Shown here: piece after piece, positions 27,052-36,222 of the stretch | Layout of the letters: every line of letters begins with the position of its first letter | Position numbering within the stretch: the first letter of the stretch is position 1 | Notes under the pieces: generated by a model | Told to the model about the DNA's origin: nothing | What the model saw: only the letters and a program-made list of their open reading frames with translations | Databases searched by the model: none | Source of the DNA: Syntrophaceae bacterium | Lineage (GTDB): Bacteria > Desulfobacterota > BSN033 > UBA1163 | NCBI GenBank assembly: GCA_013388645.1 | Contig: JACAEV010000140.1 | Location: 9,700-73,699 of the forward strand | Direction of reading: 5' to 3' | DNA length: 64,000 bases | Made by a program: the position numbers and the translations under genes

Positions 27052-28188
27052 ATGATATATCCTAAAGGAGAAGTGATCCATCGAAATTTATCGACTGCCT
27101 TCACAGATTTGAATGCCCTCTTGGCGACATTAAAATCAGGAAATTTTAGTGGCGTGGTTGAAATCGAATTCCCTGAAAACAGAGGCGCCATCTTTGTCGA
27201 CTCCGGAGAAATTATTAATGCCGAGGCCAAACCGGGGGATGGTTCAAAAGGGATGGTCGGGCATGAGGCAATCCAGTCCCTGCTCACCTTTTCGAAGGAA
27301 AAAAGTGGGTCTATTAATATTTATCAACTGGCTCCTGAGAGAGTGGCCATCGTGGCCAGCAACCTTCAACATGAAGTTCTTTTCAAAGGGCTCTCGACGG
27401 ATTTTACGCGTTTAGATCGATTGCTCCTGAAATTGAGAGAAGAAAAACACAATGGTTTTATAGAAATTCTGACAAAAGAGAACCAAACCATGGGCGTGTT
27501 GTTCCTTGAAGGCGGAGAACCCGTCGAGATGTTTACACCCTCCGAATCGGGGCCTTCCGTTTTCGGCCGAAAATCAATTCCGATATTTGTGGAGAATGCT
27601 ATTAAACAGGGAGCGATCTTTGATGTTTACAGAAGTCAGGGTAAAATTTTGAAGAAGGAAATAAAGGAAAAAGAGGTAAAAGAAAAAGAGATCAAAGAGA
27701 TAAAAGAGGGAAAAGAAACAGAGGTAAAAGAAACAAAAGAAATGAAGGAGACAAAAGAAGCAAAAGAAATCAAAGTTACAGGTAGGGGAGAAGAAATTAA
27801 GGAACTTATTTTGATTTTTCAGGATATTCTCTCCAAGGCAGAAAAATTAATTAATGGAGCCTCAAAGGATAAAGAAGTATTTTATAAAGCTTTTAAAGAA
27901 TCCCTTATAGAAAAATCAGAGGTATTTCCTTTCCTTGATCCATTTGCCGGTGAATTTGCATTTCGGGGGGGAGTGATTCAATTCACAGGAGAGGTGGGAG
28001 CAAAAGATTTTACTAAGGGAATCGTAGAATGCCTGGTGGCTACTCTATCACACCTCGAGCAGGAATTAACAAAAGAAAAGATGCTTCCTTTAAAGCTGAA
28101 AGCGGGCATAGAATCCTCTCTGGAGCAGCATAAGGAGGTGTTGAAGCGGTTAGGAGTGGCGGATATTACCTCTAATATTTTCAAATAG
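27052..28188 (+). CDS. Tandem DUF4388 (PATAN-like) domain protein with internal Lys/Glu repeat linker
   Basis: Two DUF4388-like units (SGNFSGVVEIEFPENRGAIFVDSGEIINAE; HNGFIEILTKENQTMGVLFLEGGEPVEM). A ~45-aa KE(I/V)KE repeat is encoded by tandem AAAGAR-rich DNA at 27650..27780. The C-terminal segment resembles the C-terminus of the 25159 protein. Confidence 0.5.
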   Translation: MIYPKGEVIHRNLSTAFTDLNALLATLKSGNFSGVVEIEFPENRGAIFVDSGEIINAEAKPGDGSKGMVGHEAIQSLLTFSKEKSGSINIYQLAPERVAIVASNLQHEVLFKGLSTDFTRLDRLLLKLREEKHNGFIEILTKENQTMGVLFLEGGEPVEMFTPSESGPSVFGRKSIPIFVENAIKQGAIFDVYRSQGKILKKEIKEKEVKEKEIKEIKEGKETEVKETKEMKETKEAKEIKVTGRGEEIKELILIFQDILSKAEKLINGASKDKEVFYKAFKESLIEKSEVFPFLDPFAGEFAFRGGVIQFTGEVGAKDFTKGIVECLVATLSHLEQELTKEKMLPLKLKAGIESSLEQHKEVLKRLGVADITSNIFK

Positions 28189-28333
28189 AGTTCTACCTAT
28201 CCAATTTAAGGGGTCAAGATAGACAAAAATGGTTGTTTAATATAATCATTAGACTACCTTGCTGATACTCGACCCTTTCTGTAAATCTTACCTATCCATT
28301 TTATTGTTATCTTTAATCTATTGTCGATTTTCC

Positions 28334-28413
28334 TTGACAAAATTTTTGTTCCATTTATACTTGTTAAAAAATTCTCAAGATAGGGAAAGGGAGAATTCAT
28401 ATTTGTTCCCTAT
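28334..28413 (+). promoter_or_regulatory. Candidate sigma70-like promoter (TTGACA-N16-TATACT) followed by inverted repeat ATAGGGAA-N18-TTCCCTAT, upstream of TRAP dctP
   Basis: -35 at 28334..28339, -10 at 28356..28361 and the inverted repeat at 28380..28413 were read from the sequence. They sit in a 380-bp intergenic region ahead of the dctP start at 28568. Confidence 0.3.
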
Positions 28414-28567
28414 TATTTTTAGGGGTGGTCAACTGTATGTTTTTAATTTGGACTTTTTATGTCAAAAATGTTAGGAAGGGGGTGGTTCTAAGAACAGAGT
28501 GGATTAAGGCTTTTTTTGTGACCATTTGATTTTAATTTTTATTAAATTACAAAAGGAGGTTAGGAAG

Positions 28568-29578
28568 ATGAGACGTTGGAAGATGATCAGTTTCGTTCTT
28601 TGTTTGTCGTTGATTGGATTTGTTGCTTCACCTGCATTGGCGCAGATTAAGCTAAATTACTCCGTGTTTTTTCCTGCCCCACATAAGAATGCTGTCCTTG
28701 CAACGGATTGGGCCAAAGAGATCGAAAAGAGGACAGGTGGGAAGGTTCAAATTACCGTTTTTCCAGGTGGAACATTGACACCTGCTGATAAGTGCTACGA
28801 TGGGGTGGTAAAAGGAATATCAGATATTGGTTTTTCAGTGATGGCCTACACCAGGGGAAAGTTCCCTTTGACAGAGGTTTCCGATTTGCCAATGGGTATG
28901 AAAACTGGGTTGGTCGCCACAAAAGTGATCAATGACTATTTTAAAAAATTTAAACCTAAAGAATTTGATGAAGTGAAAGTCATGTATCTCCATGGTCATG
29001 GTCCTGGGATCATTCATAGTAAAAAAGAAATCAAGACACTCGGAGATCTCAAAGGGGTCAAAATCCGCTGCACGGGAATGGCGGCAAAGATCGTTCAAGC
29101 CCTTGGGGCTACTCCAGTGGCCATGCCCATGGGTGAAACCTACGATGCTTTGAGCAGAGGCGTGGTTGATGCCTCCATGTCGCCACAAGAAGCACTGCAG
29201 GGCTGGAAATGGGGAGAAGTCGTGAAGTTTACCATTGAAAACTTTGGATCCTCTTACAGTACAGGGATGTTCGTTGTAATGAATAAAGATAAGTGGAATT
29301 CTTTACCCCCGGACATTCAGAAGATCATCGAACAGGTGAATGAAGAATATATTGAAAAACAGGGGAAGGTTTGGGATGAAATCGATAAAGCGGGAAGAGA
29401 TTATACGATTGCTCGTGGTAACAAAATCATTTCTCTTTCAGCGGATGAAGATAGAAAGTGGGAAAAGGCTGTCAAACCCCTTCTCGATGAATACAAGAAG
29501 AATATGAAGGATAAGGGCCTCCCTGGGGATGAAGTGCTGAGTTTCTATTTCCAGACCATCTATAAATATCAAAAGTAA
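28568..29578 (+). CDS. dctP: TRAP transporter substrate-binding protein (DctP family)
   Basis: Signal peptide MRRWKMISFVLCLSLIGFVASPALAQ and DctP-fold motifs. RBS AAAGGAGG precedes ATG 28568. Confidence 0.8.
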   Translation: MRRWKMISFVLCLSLIGFVASPALAQIKLNYSVFFPAPHKNAVLATDWAKEIEKRTGGKVQITVFPGGTLTPADKCYDGVVKGISDIGFSVMAYTRGKFPLTEVSDLPMGMKTGLVATKVINDYFKKFKPKEFDEVKVMYLHGHGPGIIHSKKEIKTLGDLKGVKIRCTGMAAKIVQALGATPVAMPMGETYDALSRGVVDASMSPQEALQGWKWGEVVKFTIENFGSSYSTGMFVVMNKDKWNSLPPDIQKIIEQVNEEYIEKQGKVWDEIDKAGRDYTIARGNKIISLSADEDRKWEKAVKPLLDEYKKNMKDKGLPGDEVLSFYFQTIYKYQK

Positions 29579-29587
29579 GTCAGAAAG

Positions 29588-29629
29588 AGGGGGAGGGAGG
29601 AGATATCAATATCCCATCCCCCTTTTTTA
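29588..29629 (+). terminator. Intrinsic-terminator-like GC-rich hairpin plus T7 tract between dctP and dctQ
   Basis: GGGGGAGGGAGGAGATATCAATATCCCATCCCCC followed by TTTTTTT. Confidence 0.45.
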
Positions 29630-29665
29630 TTGGATTTAAGTTTTTTCGTTGAAGAGGAGCGATCC

Positions 29666-30148
29666 ATGGAAGGATTTTTAAAAATGGTCAATGGAATAAG
29701 CCGATACTTCAATATCATTGCGGGAATGAGTCTAACATTCCTCATGCTCTTAACCATCCTGGATGTTATTTTAAGAGGGTTTAGAAGTCCTGTCCCGGGC
29801 ACCTATGAAGTGGTGGCTTTTGCAGGGGCGGTCGTCATTGGATTTTCTATGCCCATGACCTCTTGGTTGAGAGCCCATATTTTTGTCGATTTTTTTATTT
29901 TAAGATTTTCCAAAAAAGTAAGAGACGTCTTCAACATTGCCACGAGATGCGTGGTCATCATTTTATTTTTCTTGATCGGCTGGAACATGTTCAAGTATGC
30001 AATGGATTTACAAAAGTCAGGAGAGGTTTCCCTCACTTTACAAATGCCTTTCTACCCGGTCGCTTATGGCGTAGGGGTTTGTTGTTTCATTCAATGCCTT
30101 GTGATGGTATGCGATATCGTGAAGATCTTTGGAGGGGAATATGAATGA
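29666..30148 (+). CDS. dctQ: TRAP transporter small permease (DctQ family)
   Basis: ~160-aa protein with four hydrophobic helices between dctP and dctM. RBS GAGGAG precedes ATG 29666. Confidence 0.7.
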   Translation: MEGFLKMVNGISRYFNIIAGMSLTFLMLLTILDVILRGFRSPVPGTYEVVAFAGAVVIGFSMPMTSWLRAHIFVDFFILRFSKKVRDVFNIATRCVVIILFFLIGWNMFKYAMDLQKSGEVSLTLQMPFYPVAYGVGVCCFIQCLVMVCDIVKIFGGEYE

Positions 30149-31442
30149 AGTGATGATTGGTATTATTGGACTGGCTGTCGTGCTGGTATTGTTTCTGACC
30201 GGCATTGAGCTTGGTTTTGCCATGGCCCTGGTTGGGTTTCTGGGTTTTAGTTATATCGTTTCTTTCAAAGCTGGATTAAACTTGATTGCAAAGGATATCT
30301 TCGATGTCTTTGCTTCTTATGGGTTTACTGTCATTCCCCTCTTTGTCCTCATGGGTCAGATCGCATTCAATGCCGGTATTGCAAAGAGGTTGTACAATAC
30401 TGCCTATCGTTTTATTGGACATGTCCCAGGAGGGATGGCCATGGCCACGGTTGCAGGAGCGACAGCATTTAAAGCGATTTGTGGTTCATCTCCTGCGACA
30501 GCAGCCACCTTTGCCAGCGTGGCTGTCCCTGAAATGGATCGATATAATTATGACAAAAAATTATCTACAGGAATTGTTGCCACGGTGGGAACCCTGGGCA
30601 TCCTGATTCCGCCCAGTGTTACGCTGATTGTATTTGGGATCATTACAGAGCAATCTATCGGAAAACTATTTCTGGCTGGACTGATTCCGGGATTAATCAT
30701 CGCCTTCTTTTTTATTTGCATCATTTATGTATGGTGTAAGATTAACCCGAGTTTAGGGCCTAAGGGCGAAAAATCAACATGGAAGGAAAGGTTGGCCTCG
30801 CTACCAGAGTTTGCCCTGGTCGTGGTTATCTTCTTATTGATGATTTGGGGATTGATGAAAGGGTTCTTTACACCGACCGAGGCAGGGAGCGTTGGGACGG
30901 CGGCTGTTCTTCTTATGTCTATTTTAAGAAGGGACATTAATTTTAAAGGTTTCATCAAATCGGTAGCAGAGTCTTTACGCACTGCCTGTATGGTTCTCAT
31001 GCTGATCGCCGGATCTACTATCTTAGGCCATTTTCTCGCCGTTACAAAAATTCCAATGATCGCAGCCGATTGGGTGGTGGGACTCCCTCTCAACAAATAC
31101 ATTATTATGATTATTATCAGTTTAATTTACCAGACGGGGGGATCTTTTATTGATGACCTGGCTTTCATGGTTCTTGCTACGCCGATATTCTATCCTGTCA
31201 TTATCAAATTGGGTTTTGATCCAATATGGTTCGGTATGATCATTGCCATTACGGTCATGATCGGGGTCGTCATCCCTCCTGTGGCGATCAATGTCTTTGT
31301 AGTAAAAAATATCACCAAAACTCCATTTAATGTGATTTACAAGGGAGTCTATCCCTTTTTGATCAGCCTTGGAGTTTGCGGGGCATTACTCTTTCTTTTC
31401 CCGGAACTCGCCACTTGGCTTCCTTCTGTATTGATGAAGTAG
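30141..31442 (+). CDS. dctM: TRAP transporter large permease (DctM family)
   Basis: ~430-aa polytopic membrane protein with the DctM signature. Overlaps dctQ by 8 nt. RBS GGAGGGG precedes ATG 30141. Confidence 0.8.
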   Translation: MNEVMIGIIGLAVVLVLFLTGIELGFAMALVGFLGFSYIVSFKAGLNLIAKDIFDVFASYGFTVIPLFVLMGQIAFNAGIAKRLYNTAYRFIGHVPGGMAMATVAGATAFKAICGSSPATAATFASVAVPEMDRYNYDKKLSTGIVATVGTLGILIPPSVTLIVFGIITEQSIGKLFLAGLIPGLIIAFFFICIIYVWCKINPSLGPKGEKSTWKERLASLPEFALVVVIFLLMIWGLMKGFFTPTEAGSVGTAAVLLMSILRRDINFKGFIKSVAESLRTACMVLMLIAGSTILGHFLAVTKIPMIAADWVVGLPLNKYIIMIIISLIYQTGGSFIDDLAFMVLATPIFYPVIIKLGFDPIWFGMIIAITVMIGVVIPPVAINVFVVKNITKTPFNVIYKGVYPFLISLGVCGALLFLFPELATWLPSVLMK

Positions 31443-31536
31443 GCAATCACCGGAAGCATTTCGCCTTGATAAACACCTTTCTTGAGGTTTAAGGATCGCT
31501 TCACTAAAGGTTGAGGAACCGAATTTTCCTCCCGCC

Positions 31537-32844
31537 TTAAGTTTCTTTTTTGGGGACACTTCTCCAACGTGACTTCCGGTATCTTATCTTCAATTCTTTG
31601 GGCCACCATGGTAATAAGTCAGAGGGCACTGTTTCTCGAAGAAGTCGCGGAACCCTTTCTCCCTTGGCCTGAGCTTCGATTCCAAATAGGAGGACAGCCT
31701 CTTTGAAATATTTTTTCATCCTCAGCCTCTTGGGAATGATCCCTTTTTGAATCGAATTTCTTATAATGGATTGGGCCATTAAGATCTGGCAAGCCATTTC
31801 CTTTGATCCTCTTGGAAAAGAGAACGGAGTGAGGATTTGATCAATGGCCCACCGGATGGTTTGCATCCGATAAAGATATTTTTCTCTTTTTCCAAGAAAA
31901 GGATGCTCGGGGGTGATCGATCGAAGGAAAGGAGTTAAAAGGAGGGCAAATAGAATGGATTCCGATACTTGACTTCCACCTCTAATCAATTGGTCCACCA
32001 GATCGAAAAGGGATAGAAAAAAATTTTTATTTTTTCCCTTGGAAAGGCTGCGATCCCCAAACGTCCTTTCGAGGTCGGGGAAAAGAGAAAATAGCAGACC
32101 TGTTTGAAGCATGAGTTGGAGGGAAGGCTTTGCCACACCTTCCTTCAGCTCCCGTAGAAACTCATCTCGAAGCCGGGAAGGGGAACATTTTCGTATCTCC
32201 TCCCGATTCCGGAGAATAGCCTGGTAAGTAGGTTCTTCAATAGAGAATCCGGTTCGGGCGGCATGGCGAATGACCCGAATCATTCGGACAGGATCTTGCT
32301 CAAACCTTTCATCCGGACTCCCGATGGTCCGAATGATTTGCCGTTCGAGGTCAACCATTCCACCGACATAGTCGATAATAGAGAAATCTGAGATATTATA
32401 AAAAAGGCCATTAATGGTGATGTCTCGGCGTTGGGCATCCTCTGCCGGGGTGCCAAAACTCTCCTTCCGTACGATCTCTCCTTCTTCTGTCTCGATTTCT
32501 TCAAATTCGGAGCGACTCCTAAAAGTGGAGACCTCTATCACCTTCCCGCCTTTAAAAAATACATGAACCAATCTGAACCTTCGGCCAACGATACGGCTGT
32601 TTTTAAAGAGAGCGTGAATTTCAAGGGGATGAGCATTGGTGACCACATCGAAATCTATTGGGATCTTTCCCAGCAGAAGATCCCGAACACTCCCTCCAAC
32701 GAGATAAGCTAAAAAACCATTCCGATGAAGGCGGTAAAGGACTTTTAAGGCTTCTTCATCAATATTTTTTCTTGAAATCGGATGGTTGGCTCTTGGAATG
32801 ATGAGAGGGGTCATTTGAAGATTTGAATCGCTCCGGGTGTACAA
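31537..32844 (-). CDS. pcnB: Poly(A) polymerase / tRNA nucleotidyltransferase family protein (PcnB-like)
   Basis: LVGGSVRDLLLGKIPIDFDVVTNAHP and RRFRLVHVFF are nucleotidyltransferase head-domain motifs. Confidence 0.7.
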   Translation of the reverse strand: MYTRSDSNLQMTPLIIPRANHPISRKNIDEEALKVLYRLHRNGFLAYLVGGSVRDLLLGKIPIDFDVVTNAHPLEIHALFKNSRIVGRRFRLVHVFFKGGKVIEVSTFRSRSEFEEIETEEGEIVRKESFGTPAEDAQRRDITINGLFYNISDFSIIDYVGGMVDLERQIIRTIGSPDERFEQDPVRMIRVIRHAARTGFSIEEPTYQAILRNREEIRKCSPSRLRDEFLRELKEGVAKPSLQLMLQTGLLFSLFPDLERTFGDRSLSKGKNKNFFLSLFDLVDQLIRGGSQVSESILFALLLTPFLRSITPEHPFLGKREKYLYRMQTIRWAIDQILTPFSFPRGSKEMACQILMAQSIIRNSIQKGIIPKRLRMKKYFKEAVLLFGIEAQAKGERVPRLLRETVPSDLLPWWPKELKIRYRKSRWRSVPKKET

Positions 32845-33188
32845 ACTTTAACGCATCGAGGATTTCCACGACAAAGGTCACAATGAAAAGCCTCTTCCCC
32901 CAAGATAGGCAGAGCATCAAAAGGACAGCATTCTGCCCTTTTTCTATCCCAAATAAATTTCTTTCTCTCTGGAGTCATCTTTAACCTTTCAGCATTAAGA
33001 CACTTCATCTTTTTGCACTGGCGGCATAGAACAGGCGTATGCAGGCTGGTGTCAAGATCATCTTTATCGATATGAATTGCTGATTTCTCTGGATTGATGA
33101 TTCCAAGATGAAAGAGAGAGCAAACCATTTCACAAAGATGGCAGCCACTGCATTTCTCTTTATTCACTTCGATTCTCATTATTTTCAA
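32811..33188 (-). CDS. 4Fe-4S dicluster ferredoxin-domain protein (partner of AOR)
   Basis: CSGCHLCEMVC...CRQC...CDLCRGNPRCVKVCTPGAI Cys motifs. Immediately downstream of the AOR gene on the same strand. Confidence 0.6.
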   Translation of the reverse strand: MKIMRIEVNKEKCSGCHLCEMVCSLFHLGIINPEKSAIHIDKDDLDTSLHTPVLCRQCKKMKCLNAERLKMTPERKKFIWDRKRAECCPFDALPILGEEAFHCDLCRGNPRCVKVCTPGAIQIFK

Positions 33189-33323
33189 GATGATTTATCT
33201 TCAGTCTAAAAGTTATGGGAAGGATGGAGGTTTAGGCAAAAGGTAAGGTCATTGGCCTGAAGAATCTTAAGACTTAACCTCTTGAACTGATGCCAAACAG
33301 GCCTCCTTACCCTTATCCTAACC

Positions 33324-35240
33324 TCACTCCTTCTTGATTAACCCCAATTTTTCCAATTTCTTTCTTTTAGGTATCCCATTTTCATCCCAGCCGTGAAGTC
33401 GATAATATTCATTTAGCATCCCATCAAATTCTTCATGAGAAATGACTTCTCCTTTTGCCGGTCCCTCTGGAATGGGTTCTTCAAAGTACCTTTTCGGTAA
33501 GGTGTCCTCTTTCCGGGTTATCCCATCTTTGACCAGCATCATTCTTTCTAAGGTATAAATCCTTTCTCCAATGATTTTTAACTCCTTTGGGGTAAAGGCC
33601 AAACCGGTCGAGAGAGCGATCAGCTTAGAGAATTCATTATATTGGGGAGCGTGAGGGCTTGAGAAAACAGTGAGGAAGTGGCAAAAACCCAAAGCATCGC
33701 AGAGAGCATTGAAGATCTCATGCCACCATATCATTCTTGCCTTACCCGAGTAAGCAGAGAATTGGTCGCTGACCCGCCCCCCATAGATCTTTTTCAGGAT
33801 TTTCTCGGGAAGGCCGAGGATATCCAAAGAGGGGCGACTTCTCATGTGGCAGGCTCCTCGCGTAGAGGTCGCCATCCCCAAGGCAAAACTTTTGGGAAGT
33901 CTCTCATCGGTCATTTCAATTGGAAAATTTTTAATGTCAAGAAGGTAATCTTTAGAAACTTCTCCGAAAATCCTCTTAGCAAAAGCGCCTTCTGCCAACC
34001 TATTTCCGAACCCTTTCCTCTGGGCAATCTGATGGATAAGTTTAAGAATCGTTTTCCCATCTCCCCAATTCAATGGGATTTCTGTCATTTTCTGATCGAT
34101 GATCCCCCGTTGAAAGAGTTCCATCACCCAGGCCAAATAGGAGCCGGTTGAAATGGTGTCAAGGCCATAGCGATTGCAGAGCTCGGTGGCAGAGAGGATA
34201 TTCTGAAGATTAAAATTTCCCAACTTCGATCCTAATGAACCAATGGAGGCATATTCAGGCCCCTCGCCCTTTGTCCCTTTATACTGTCCTTCTTCGATAG
34301 AGAATCGGTGCCGGCAATGAGCAGGGCAACCAAAACAGGAAAGCATTCCTGTGGAGAATGGTTCCAATGCCTCCGCTTCCAAGGCATACCCCTGTTCGCC
34401 AATCGTTGTCAATTGATTATTGCGGATGCTCAAAAAACCCATGGCATTTGCATATTGGAAGAGAAGAGGCGTTCCATATCTCCCAAGGGCTTGTACCCAT
34501 TTTGAATTCATCAGTTTCTTTAAGGTTCTTAAATAATATTTGAGATAATTTTTGGGGTCGGAAAGGGTGATGTCCAGGTTTCCCCTCACCGCCACTGCCT
34601 TCAAGTTCTTCGAACCCATGACCGCACCCATCCCTGTTCTTCCAGCAGAATTTTTCATGCCAGTGCGGATGGCAGAGAATCTGACCAAATTTTCTCCAGC
34701 AGAGCCGATACAGGCGACCTGGATTTTTTCATCTCCCAACTCTTGACGAATGATTCTTTGCGTGTCAACCGTATCAAGGCCCCAGAGTTTTTGTGCATCT
34801 CGAATTTCCACATTTCGATTTTTAATAAAGAGATAGATCGGTTTTCGACTTCTCCCTTTGATCAGCAGGTGACTTAAGCCTGCTTTGACCAATTCCGCTC
34901 CAAAATCTCCTCCCATATTCGAATCACCAAGATGGCCTGACTCTGGTGATTTGGCCGTGATGTTGATTCGGGATCCGAAGCCAAGGATCCCGGTGAGAAG
35001 ACCCGCTCCGAAGATCAGGGGGTTTTCTGGGGAAAGTGGATCAAGATCAGGTGAATAGGATTGAGAGAGGAGATACATATTGATTCCCCTTCCCCCCAAG
35101 AATTTATTTCTCAGATCCAGAGGGATAGGGAGGATCTCTACCGAATCTTTATTCAGATGAAGAAGGGCTATTTTTCTTCCAAGAACCATTCTACCGGGAT
35201 TATAACAGAATTGGCCTGAAAAGGCGTAATTTCTATCCAT
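33324..35240 (-). CDS. Tungsten-containing aldehyde:ferredoxin oxidoreductase (AOR family)
   Basis: N-terminal AOR_N domain (LGGRGINMYLL, GAGLLTG) and a ~600-aa length with conserved AOR C-terminal motifs. Confidence 0.85.
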   Translation of the reverse strand: MDRNYAFSGQFCYNPGRMVLGRKIALLHLNKDSVEILPIPLDLRNKFLGGRGINMYLLSQSYSPDLDPLSPENPLIFGAGLLTGILGFGSRINITAKSPESGHLGDSNMGGDFGAELVKAGLSHLLIKGRSRKPIYLFIKNRNVEIRDAQKLWGLDTVDTQRIIRQELGDEKIQVACIGSAGENLVRFSAIRTGMKNSAGRTGMGAVMGSKNLKAVAVRGNLDITLSDPKNYLKYYLRTLKKLMNSKWVQALGRYGTPLLFQYANAMGFLSIRNNQLTTIGEQGYALEAEALEPFSTGMLSCFGCPAHCRHRFSIEEGQYKGTKGEGPEYASIGSLGSKLGNFNLQNILSATELCNRYGLDTISTGSYLAWVMELFQRGIIDQKMTEIPLNWGDGKTILKLIHQIAQRKGFGNRLAEGAFAKRIFGEVSKDYLLDIKNFPIEMTDERLPKSFALGMATSTRGACHMRSRPSLDILGLPEKILKKIYGGRVSDQFSAYSGKARMIWWHEIFNALCDALGFCHFLTVFSSPHAPQYNEFSKLIALSTGLAFTPKELKIIGERIYTLERMMLVKDGITRKEDTLPKRYFEEPIPEGPAKGEVISHEEFDGMLNEYYRLHGWDENGIPKRKKLEKLGLIKKE

Positions 35241-35355
35241 TAACGTTTTATCTACTAATAGGCGTTCAGGTGGCTCTTGACAAATGAGTGAAATCGGAAA
35301 AGAATATTATTATAAATGTTGAAGTTTCAAAATTTTTAAACGAGCGGGGGTCAAA

Positions 35356-35550
35356 ATGAAAATACAGGAAGTAAGATCAAAGGCGAAGGCCTTGGGATTG
35401 AAAAGCACCTTTGGGCTATCGAAGGCAGAACTGATTCGAAGGGTTCAAAAGGCTGAAGGGAATTTTGATTGTTTCGGAACGGCCAAGGGCTATTGCGACC
35501 AATTTCAATGTTGTTTCAGAGAGGATTGTTTTAAATTTATCAAGAGTTAA
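35356..35550 (+). CDS. Small hypothetical protein with Rho-N/SAP-like helix pair and C-terminal Cys cluster (CFGTAKGYCDQFQCCFREDC)
   Basis: 64-aa ORF from the track with no confident family. Confidence 0.3.
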   Translation: MKIQEVRSKAKALGLKSTFGLSKAELIRRVQKAEGNFDCFGTAKGYCDQFQCCFREDCFKFIKS

Positions 35551-35621
35551 TTTTTTTGGCTGTGCCCGAAGGTTAATGCCTTTTTGCCTTGCAAAGTTAT
35601 TCAACGAAAGGAGGATTCGTT

Positions 35622-36200
35622 ATGGCAAAACAAATTCAATGGGAAACTTCACTCACGACGGCTAAGGGTAAGGCAAAGAAAGAGAGAAAACTGATTTTGA
35701 TGGACTTTTATAACAATCTCTGAATTGGGTGCCAACAGCTGGCAGCTGTTACTTATCCCGATTCGAATGTTTGTGCATCGGTAGAAAATAATTTCATCCC
35801 ACTTCAAATCGATTTCAACAAGAACAAAGCCCTGGTAAAACGATTTAGCGTTAAATGGACTCCCACTGTTGCCATTTTAGATTCGGAGGGCGAGGAGCAC
35901 CATCGTTTTGTCGGATATCTTCCTCCGGAGGATTTCATTGCACAGATCCTTCTCGGCAAGGGGAAGGTTGAATTCAATCTTGATCGCTTCGAACAATCCA
36001 TACAGTGTTTCCTGGAAGTTCTCGTTCGCTATTCCAAAACAGATGCCGCGCCTGAGGCACAATACTATCTCGGTGTTGCCAAGTATAAAGCAACCCATGA
36101 TCCCAAACAATTGAAATTGGGATTGGAGGTGCTGCAAAGGGATTATCCGAATAGCGAGTGGACTAAGAAGGCCCAGGTATACGGACTGATTCCTGGGTAG
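35622..36200 (+). CDS. Thioredoxin-fold selenoprotein with UxxC redox motif (in-frame TGA 35721..35723 read as selenocysteine)
   Basis: RBS AAAGGAGG precedes ATG 35622. The ORF reaches TGA at codon 34, at the exact position of the first Cys of a thioredoxin-like CxxC motif (DFYNNL-U-IGCQQ). The same frame then runs 159 codons without any Met to TAG 36198..36200. A stem-loop AACAGC/UGGCA/GCUGUU begins 10 nt after the TGA. Confidence 0.6.
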
Positions 36201-36222
36201 ATTTTATTTTGCAGACGCCATT

